Shown here piece after piece: positions 61,101 through 64,000 of a DNA stretch of 64,000 nucleotides; positions within the stretch are counted from its first letter, which is position 1; every line of letters begins with the position of its first letter. Position numbers and translations under genes: made by a program. The stretch comes from an uncultured virus (IMG/VR IMGVR_UViG_3300025408_000002) (Duplodnaviria > Heunggongvirae > Uroviricota > Caudoviricetes), in IMG/VR virus record IMGVR_UViG_3300025408_000002; one strand, given 5' to 3'. The notes under the pieces were generated by a model. It did not search any database, was not told where the DNA came from, and saw nothing but the letters and a program-made list of their open reading frames with translations.

Positions 61101-61708
61101 TCATGCTCGCGCTGCCTGCGGAAGAGCAGTATTACACCACCACGAATGAGATGTACGTGCGCATGGGTGAATACCTCGGCATTTCGCCACTGAAAATCGA
61201 GCACGCCATTCGCAGCGGCGTTTCCCCGCAGATCGACGAAACTTTCCGGCTTTACAGCATGATATTCGGCGGCGAACCGCTGCGGAAGGTGGATCAGATT
61301 CCCGGCATCTCCACACGCATGCAGCACGAACCAATGGGATACAACAGCCGCAGCGTGCAGCAACTCGCCGAAAAGGCGGAGAAATTCCGCTCGGTAGTGT
61401 CCTCGCTCAAGAAGCACTTCGGTATGCCCGACAACATGCGACTCTCGGACGCGGCGGATTGGATGTACAGCAATCCGAACGAACTCACCGAGCGGCAGCG
61501 GGAGCAATTCGACGAAGCGGTGAAATACTATGATTACTACCGCGCGTTCCAGACCGACGAGGACAGCGTGGAGAGATGGTACGAACAGGCCAAGCAGGCG
61601 CGGAAACGCGCTATCGAATCACGCGACCCCAAGGATTGGGAGACCGTGGACGAGTACCTGCGCGGCATGACGGAAAAAGCACGACTCGCATTATCCAACA
61701 ATCAGTGA
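46112..61708 (+). CDS. Giant polyvalent (DarB-like) ejection protein, 5198 aa: SET, InPase-like, ART-like, N6-MTase, Strawberry-notch SF2 helicase, zincin, LPD38-like
   Basis: SPIHGQGVF/RYINHS/ELTMDY; ISIENPKG/DKDHIDVFIGP/FDEHK; VVYHGT/FYLT/GHDGII; LEPSAGVGGLA/NPPF; GDGTGVGKGRE/FDEAH/SATG/QGMGRSHRTNQ; HEMGH. Confidence 0.9.
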   Translation: MNPQEPRLAIARSLRQYVPHLADMSDDDVLRSIDEVYQSGDPAYIGNLVNDLRRYVPRYSKMDSTSVANEMGGYFQAPQAPAGSRVQPARPVGDYMTEEWTRMFGGEEPTAPGMLNIMRGVTAPFVPSVDIASASTPAKPKRLFPTATAGASAAPTKPEPGKIRTAKDVQEKEFDKQIGQAQKRKAARLFQLPALSPIEQQGGVALPSETIPPVNFGSPEQAFGDPNVAPMAAGINRSFPIPGAQPDGWGDVPTELRLWPDPAPASMVSGDIGRTFEGEDPKAMFKRVREFSAGKVAELERQLAAIPPAKWRTDPSAGAYEVHDQYSGKRRALNEALTQYRAILDMPEDDNPAEVLRGLYAGFMEAPEELFPFVGDAIAGLRSWRMGDVERRVAEGKATPEEKEMFDAEVVRKQFEAETRAPFYRGGQMVGPMLPYAGKFKILEPVRDKAEQFISRQLFRAFGGKRGVRDMSRIVAPIVGGATAGAVDVPGIARGMAERMQGQYEYGLSPAGEVVYRQIAKGDPILDAALKGLASNMAEMGTESAGESLIALKRALVGRYMQKANIRATDVEKAVAKVKEGIGWQGIIYEIAEEELNEPIQAWIDNRQYDDPITSEKGRDRLLTELVGIGLFGSPFTIVNQAGRIANRRGLGKPSDVKAQAMAVAGAVKQAPEKTGYYDPATNTFYSPEQLQGMRRVGEFQDRLAQGKSELEQARGPQSFGSEKRMGRAPNRAGAASQQAAPEMPPVSQFEGVEGDLIAPFLGQSITIPGVDSGRPVTVAEQQDDPSLVTLRLSDQSFRAPGTTVQIGRQQFFNMMANVDRPIDAASDKTGGAKPATPQGATTSGNAGIDTGPDGARTDFQDYLKSTGLTPAQHYAASRSEKDIIPQPKADLDRVYLSNSPIHGQGVFTYNEHPAGDVIATALDEKGNRTNFVGRYINHSNDPNVSVEQQQDGSYAIVARRPLGEGEELTMDYRQQESIAGGILDVSKPAAAPSEAARKTRERADIVKRLRSGELDPVEAVRMYEKDHPKLRTWAAWNEARKPINTLTYKGKKANVLRSPDGGYDVIGVKGNEFLGNLSDQEYAKMLDTRGKRSAVAQKKAGEMVLITPEALESMPATKAIFGSGVGDITGDMLDNVKVGSNPVRAKNLVKKDGPLTYDKIRERLLESDNPTHQAWLAEGLDWEDIYDKALEEIAQYQGGKIPKAPVTEPDNPMADVTTYLDSLKPDEFVRVWQSVGDEQKKQYLGDDYQDMTVDEIAQLKRVNVNGEWYDVKQEGGPEGELILEDGTTLSFDRVFSADVKLPVQDVEKGTAAASQAPDTVRAAEDTAAAPISNEGSLFGDIPQGSRKLTPEQEFATKNPGQAAQGARNARQEERRKAVADARARMAKLKEELALHRRELPLARPEQKPKVQDAIRQTLAKMRALQKVIGDAPIVEEIEKQNAPDMFAVEEGPAAGQTVAADPSEGQKEAGNYKKAHVRVQGLDISIENPKGTTRSGVDRDGKRWETEMKSDYGYIRGTEGKDKDHIDVFIGPNPDSDFVLVVNQKNEDGKFDEHKIMLGFGSREEAEEGYLANYAPNWLKKQGGKLDAVETNVADMKDWLRSGETKKPHPANDPMVLPVTETLSPELLARDWRKRRGEKVVLNVLGSQRPGEYTVAEDQSGLTQKERHVVRLVAPDGGIRLVDARNIREIKREEQALPTPAAELTPQEKAKQELEELKKKFLQQTGNTLTAGIDPAAMATAVQIALKYTELGVYKFADFAKAAYELVGDAITPYLKGAYMAAKQHLDREARKQMDTEDAVDDANLDALLSSAEQQTPPKPEAPAKKPVVESASLKRPNNWLRNSAVRNVVYHGTADDIDVFSNDGLANGGVWGTAFYLTADPTDAEDWAAGAVDVRGGSPSIMPLWVRIENPFYIDRPEARRAALAEARKQGIDIPASVLPWLEGKAEQGLDASIWAEENLADIVKAMGHDGIIGTIDGVENYAVFSNEQIRSATANTSDTESESPSEPKEPAKTPEKQPAATQAAPESREGANDKDPDAPTQFREGDRVVFNSNAFDVYRGRHGVIVDVSIETFSMVPMFGAGTSERMRSVRYEVKTDGGLLAISNADDLGLEEGAAPEVVPDVKVSKGEIEPQYMAPADVVRQIRRHQNTIDNLKSAASRARKQEIIRRYEVDARWHGEKRDDLIEALRKWGTEHPKELRDIGEDATLRKHGLGDLLGESTPAAAPSAKPAGAEPPAADQMEAARRVLAAAGLKVTATTTNNGKPVWEVSGNTKTHLDHMKALRGRWYGPKKVWSFYAADPSIDLAKRLDPTAMTARPATPAEPTPQATPAVDTNRSIVKRVESATTESARSNIFAELGSKAVPGLRMQEHEEAGRWVYLVAKGEVAQSEFDAKIEEWRRENRIRQNEQTPKDTPVMPPEERPIPTFATAPRTEPVERMEAIESLRDAVYERLSMGLSLNNTMFWQMADRAFGASRAEDGYDVKDAYDALEAAVNTYIIEKELFPGRNIAETRAVLERIRQVLPLIPTQNVRTAESDEFQQFSTVPHIALLANWLANLRRDDVYLEPSAGVGGLASFAVGDVAEIILNELSDRRADILEQTLGEVENGPKMQFFRENAEQLDNILDDSVVPTVVVMNPPFSSTAGAVQGERDTMNSTLHLDQMLRRLPEGGRLVAVLGEGATMSAETTDPAGRQPTGAKLAPWWRETMKKYNVRANVGIAGKEYAKYGTGWPVRIVVIDKDGPTPGGGVYQKFYNTIEEALADSELRRIRDERPATELPDQPAGAGSAAGTQGTGGQKLPTDTRPDVVGTGEQRPAPGRGDAGGLQDVLGEDDGSPGKRNAVPDGRAARERELQQQGSKGTRKGSAGPALDGNDPRFRVDTGNLMEYTVDPDRSADAQQSDNLDSRFDRYVPSRMSIAGAKPHPGNIVESAAMASVKAVRPTYVPMFSKEFVESGILSEVQLEAVIYAGQAHEQHIDDGLRRGFFIGDGTGVGKGREIAGILLDNWNQGRRRHLWITKNQKLQADAERDILAVFGEKAGGLLHNLSDTKLDQNIAIDEGILFITYNTLIQESRTSAGRTRLKQIVDWLGKDFEGVIAFDEAHKMGTALDMKGKRGVKKASQTAIKAMDMVAAFPEARVVYASATGATDPTNLGYLDRIGLWGASTEFPTKLKFVEDVTGAGVAMMEYVARDMKAMGLYLARSLSYEDVTFETLTHALSPEQREIWNTLSDSWAVVLDNINDALELTASNSDGKVDGRVKARLMSQFWGANLRFWNQILLSMQLPSMIADIHKQIDAGNSVLIQLVNTYEAAQESKLSTADKEDLEALDMTPRESLMAMVERTFPVNEYREIEDENGNKRMELVLDSKGNPVQNREALRMRERLLDRLSQIVIPDAPLDAIITEFGADMVAEVTGRSRRVVRTYDTKSGRQKTIIEKRSSAKADVEADDFMNDRRKILIFSDAGGTGRSYHADRAAKNQRKRIHYVFQPGWVANMAIQGMGRSHRTNQAAAPHYVLVTTDLEGQKRFISTIARRLSQLGALTRGQRDAAGGSLFSERDNLESVESREALRQLYVDVWRGVVPNLTLAEFENKTSLKLTDKDGALLETLPPMSQFLNRLLNLGVDTQNLIFQALSSRIDAKIHEATLNGTLDLGMESVKAERAEVATSRIVHTDERTGAKTRYLRIRLFTKAVRREWETSGAEKAEKWVRNIRSGRVYAVFPSTNYTDAKTGKVLKRNVLASVTGTQYLPTTDVDDATKYEILSKNEAKAAWKKDYEAAPELKESELHMITGALLPVFSRLPSGGSIKVQRVKLDDGTSILGRVILEKDVNDMLRRLGAEGEQIEYAPEEVVARIVNDNYEAEFANGWRMRRRTVNGQDRIEFINTSLKSGDSQLLQNAGVVFERQSYESRHYLPTGRRGEEVLKKLAGLNKKIIAMYPPETGEGEVDAKSAVIHRAQRQSTGTSPTPPPTAIPTRRYSVPQPAAWTQTPTTTREAQRLEKRMRGDSKGERIGMRSIVDWLGRQVHAELRVGKEQTTRRNPAHFESDSAIMRSRYPSSAAYNMHEMGHAISGYLRDRHPNLFRGMVDDLKALATAPGSLASANSAEEGFAEWLRLFVTNYGAIDGLPVTQKIETVLEKDSPELMAALRDANRLHFLHAQRGAVAIRNSINNDKGLPPPFWSRALDSIDKILFEGVSSRHAIEHIRRMVWRQWKHGAGIPRMTGKTWAEYGRMIREYLAGRKSAVKQAREWEKRIANSPGNMMSAYVTVLRIPQEVDYFIRGTGRKEHSGQRVIATGDKRILTDEAIDTLEKAGYTIPVEMRDTSSMGKSWRARHGDYIFFHNRLIADVVTDVGPDNWEAFEQYVWDKTDLYRHEKLGMDYAGYSDGISPEDLRRQVADAEKAHPEWKDRYKELNDYMDNLAVIAVAGGLITADQAAAMKKKHEQYVPLLKEREREENGFGSSTGVQISAKYRRAHGSELPKIPLLNSIEIRTRQVLSAYYHNRMALAPVRLAEMTSNDNTVPYDVRKLVERMAVRLRLDTKKMATLGEEEARKVIAEYLTQQLHAEIRAREGEDADIPEEIKVTASDVVVHWSGMSIFRTTDPRAVHVIAPMVDGERAFYQIEDPILYDFFARSTKPVGKVARGIQRWVLPVVAPWKRQITQTLRFVLGNIPRDTVTAMFTGEGMKSLIPAYYHLTGLIYKLSGKVPDTATTGQLLARSFETAFDPAQLVRMNKFKQTLMEGLMVPGWGVMTRGERIMAIIKDAPGKLATLFMKPTELILWATGQRALAELSEESARLGAYRQAKNEGYSDEEAQMRYDIITGLFADRPGDNDIATFVRAPGFLNPTMQIMYGWLSRLTDPDPGVRNFHYLKIGYIGALTALGWAVNILLMGDDEYEKLKERPDEERFHFMPVGGLFKVPFDNGPLGATQMFVWNMMDHMAGGDPVEARKLATQTLKKMNSLPYTPTEFLSPQIVTWVELMANYKFYWDKQIVPQFMLALPAEEQYYTTTNEMYVRMGEYLGISPLKIEHAIRSGVSPQIDETFRLYSMIFGGEPLRKVDQIPGISTRMQHEPMGYNSRSVQQLAEKAEKFRSVVSSLKKHFGMPDNMRLSDAADWMYSNPNELTERQREQFDEAVKYYDYYRAFQTDEDSVERWYEQAKQARKRAIESRDPKDWETVDEYLRGMTEKARLALSNNQ
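54432..54773 (+). CDS. Nested out-of-frame small acidic protein (113 aa) inside the giant gene
   Basis: GGAGGA RBS at 54420-54425; MKGQQLNYPINQQALEALREL...LDLMWWGLEN...AREALDLLWMA reads as a folded helical protein while the host frame is a low-complexity linker. Confidence 0.7.
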   Translation: MKGQQLNYPINQQALEALRELREPADRNYPPILDLMWWGLENNVPLQDEEMREDFKMFLVKMMDRPENVMQFLTDGQPENANFSSKDPKERAREALDLLWMATTPDSESIPEI

Positions 61709-61721
61709 CAAGGAGGGCGCT

Positions 61722-62192
61722 ATGCGCAAATATGGTCTCACTCTGCTTCTGATCGCCTTCGTGTGCGCGGTGGCGCTCGCGGGGAGTACAGAACTTTTGA
61801 AAATCGGTACCGTCACCAACAGCACCACCTACAAAGGTGCGAGCTGGACGAAGGTGGGCACGGACACGGCCGCGGTGAATCGGTTCGTGATGACCGCGCT
61901 CGGGCCTGTGCATGTCACGGTGAACCTGCGCGTGAGGGCGTACGGAAAGGAAAGCGGTCTCGCGCGCATTGATTCCTTCCTGCTCGCGAGCGGTGGCGTG
62001 CGCGTGGTGGGAGGTATTACCAACGACTCACTCATGCGTATATGGCTGCCACCCGGCATCGTTGCCGATTCCACGAACAACCCGGCGGCATCCATCCTCA
62101 AGCAAACCCGTGACCTGTTCGAGTACCGCGTGGAAGTGGTGGCGAAATCCACGAGTAACGGCGGCTCCCTCTTCGTTGCGAAAAAGGATTGA
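61722..62192 (+). CDS. Signal-peptide protein in the tail region
   Basis: MRKYGLTLLLIAFVCAVALA-G; AGGAGG RBS; DTA, DSF, DSL, DST. Confidence 0.75.
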   Translation: MRKYGLTLLLIAFVCAVALAGSTELLKIGTVTNSTTYKGASWTKVGTDTAAVNRFVMTALGPVHVTVNLRVRAYGKESGLARIDSFLLASGGVRVVGGITNDSLMRIWLPPGIVADSTNNPAASILKQTRDLFEYRVEVVAKSTSNGGSLFVAKKD

Positions 62193-62195
62193 CGG

Positions 62196-62930
62196 ATGGG
62201 CCTCGCGCGCGTATCGGTTGGTGTGGCGCAGGCGCTGGATAAACTCCGGCGCCGGCGACGATTGCTGACCCGTGGCAACGCGGGAAAGGTGGCCGACGAT
62301 GACATGGATCTCGTTGCGCACGCACTCGATGGACTCAACAACGATGTGGAGTTCGCCTTCCGCAACTTCCAGTGGGACCGAGCCAAGCCCGCGGTTGTGA
62401 GCGGTGGTGGCGGCAGCGTGGAGGGCATGCCGATACGTCACAGCCCCGTCGCATTCGTCGTGGCGGAGTTCGAGCGCGTGGGCAAAGGTAGCGACGGACA
62501 ATTCCGGCCAATGGACGCGGTACGCTGGAGCCTGTGGAATCGACACAACGCGCGGTACTACGTGGGCGTGGGTCAGGACTGCGATGTACGCAACATCACC
62601 GGGACCGTGCATGTGGAATCGCTCAATGGTGGCGTGCCATCCGCATACCACGTACTGTGCATGCCCGTTCCGGGTAGCGGGAGCACGCTGATCCTGTCCG
62701 GTGATTTGATCGGGCTGGACATCGGCTTCGGACGCTACGGCGATGATCGGTTGCGGTTTCGCGTGGACCTGTACCGATTCGCGGAAGACTTGGCCAGTGC
62801 GACGTTGCAGGAAGTGAAGGACGGAAGCGTGAAGTTCCGATCAACGCGCGCGACAATCACCGATGGATTGCTCTCGGATTATCAAACCCATGGACTGAGA
62901 CTGAAATGTCATCTGACGATCAACGCATAA
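62196..62930 (+). CDS. Hypothetical tail-region protein
   Basis: 244-aa ORF coupled to the next gene. Confidence 0.6.
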   Translation: MGLARVSVGVAQALDKLRRRRRLLTRGNAGKVADDDMDLVAHALDGLNNDVEFAFRNFQWDRAKPAVVSGGGGSVEGMPIRHSPVAFVVAEFERVGKGSDGQFRPMDAVRWSLWNRHNARYYVGVGQDCDVRNITGTVHVESLNGGVPSAYHVLCMPVPGSGSTLILSGDLIGLDIGFGRYGDDRLRFRVDLYRFAEDLASATLQEVKDGSVKFRSTRATITDGLLSDYQTHGLRLKCHLTINA

Positions 62931-64000
62931 TGGCGGGGGCGGCGGTGGAGGGCGGTATCAACGCCGGCTCGCCGCGCCTTCGGTCCCGTTCGTCGCGGGT
63001 GCTGCCGCTCCTGCCCGCATTATTCGTGCTTGCCCTCGCGCTCCAACAGTTGGGTGCGGACGTGCGTGGCGTTTCCCCGCGGGTGCTCGCGCCGGACGAT
63101 AGTGGTGCCGTGGTCACGGTGGATTCCACCGACAGCATTGCAACGGGAAAACGGGAACGCGCGAACACTCCGGCAACGCTGACGTGGCATCAGTTCGACA
63201 GTCTTGCGAAGCACAGCAATATCTACTGCATATACATCGGCGACACCACGGGCAGGTACGTATCGCGCGAACACGTAGTGCGGCTTCTGGAAAACCAGCA
63301 TTACAGGGGCCGGGACTCGAGCTTCGTGTTTCAGGGCGACGAGTGCATACGCATCGAGCTACGCCTCGGAACCACCGCGGCCGTGCCGGACACCATACTG
63401 TGGATCAATCAATGCCAAGGCAGCCCCTGTCTCGATACTCTCACGATTCCCTTGGGTTGTTACGAGGAAAGGGAGGAAACGATTGAATCCGAGATGGAGG
63501 TCACGGTTTGCGATACCACGTGCTATCGCACCGACACGCTGAGAAGCCATCGGAGGTACATCCTCATGGAGGATTATCAGAAGGGATTGCTCACGGCCAC
63601 ATTCGGATGCAGCACCGCGCTCCCGGCTTCATCCTCCGCGATCTGGCTGCTCAGGAAGGGAAGCAGATGGTACGGCCCACTGTCGGGCGACCGACCTTTC
63701 GCCGGAGCGGCCGACGATTCATGTTGGATTGATCCGTTTTACGCGGCAATGTATGAAATTCGATTCGGCCCGGCTGGATATGGATACTGGACAGTGGACA
63801 CCACGATCAACAACTACGGATCGGCGGTGGTCGACTGTGCGTTGTTCGGTCAGGCGGGGATAAGCAGGATCATCGATAATTGCAGGTCGGAAATCCGCAC
63901 TAACACGGTGATACGAAGATTCCAGGAATGGATCTATTCGGGAAGGGACACCACCATCATAAATCGCGAATGTGACCCCTGCCTTGTCCCTTATTTTATG
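62930..64000 (+). CDS. Cys-rich, D-S/T-rich exported protein at the tail-fibre position (runs off window end)
   Basis: Manual translation open from ATG 62930 to the end: hydrophobic leader VLPLLPALFVLALALQQLGA, many Cys, 13 of 23 Asp followed by S/T. Confidence 0.7.
   Translation, partial: MAGAAVEGGINAGSPRLRSRSSRVLPLLPALFVLALALQQLGADVRGVSPRVLAPDDSGAVVTVDSTDSIATGKRERANTPATLTWHQFDSLAKHSNIYCIYIGDTTGRYVSREHVVRLLENQHYRGRDSSFVFQGDECIRIELRLGTTAAVPDTILWINQCQGSPCLDTLTIPLGCYEEREETIESEMEVTVCDTTCYRTDTLRSHRRYILMEDYQKGLLTATFGCSTALPASSSAIWLLRKGSRWYGPLSGDRPFAGAADDSCWIDPFYAAMYEIRFGPAGYGYWTVDTTINNYGSAVVDCALFGQAGISRIIDNCRSEIRTNTVIRRFQEWIYSGRDTTIINRECDPCLVPYFM

Larger units (their letters stand above)
1..64000. 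mobile_element. Temperate podovirus-like prophage, incomplete at both window edges
   Basis: Gene order integrase, CI/Cro, early genes, TerS, lysis, TerL, portal, scaffold, capsid, tail tube, ejection proteins; no tape-measure or sheath gene recognised. Confidence 0.93.

Noticed and set aside
47765..61507. Long minus-strand ORFs (707, 1187, 670 aa)
   Set aside because: Antisense shadows of the giant gene with no motifs or RBS support
1..64000. CRISPR array, DGR/retron reverse transcriptase, IS element or stop-codon recoding
   Set aside because: No repeat-spacer array, RT or transposase motifs noticed by eye; core genes are intact in the standard code and no suppressor tRNA was seen
1..64000. 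attL/attR sites
   Set aside because: Both prophage ends lie outside the window

Overview
The whole window reads as one temperate podovirus-like prophage of about 60% GC, cut off at both ends. It runs from a partial tyrosine integrase and a CI/Cro-like switch through an early region (SbcD/SbcC nuclease, DUF5131, HNH, RuvC-like resolvase, C5 methyltransferase, DUF1376 replication initiator, RyR-domain protein) to TerS, a lysis-like cluster, TerL, portal, scaffold, major capsid, adaptor/tail-tube genes, ejection proteins and a 5198-aa polyvalent protein. The host is inferred to be FCB/Bacteroidota-related (GldM-like gene, DUF3873-like ORF, D-S/T sequons). Main oddities: (1) three tRNA-shaped RNAs with intact acceptor, D and T arms but rebuilt anticodon domains, two flanking a further structured RNA; (2) signal-peptide proteins inside the virion module that are rich in Bacteroidota-type O-glycosylation sequons; (3) a perfect chromosomal parS site; (4) two out-of-frame nested genes with their own RBS; (5) a SET domain in the polyvalent protein; (6) a captured GldM-like gene; (7) a three-copy inverted/direct repeat cassette. 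All family assignments come from reading motifs by eye; no database search or folding program was run.
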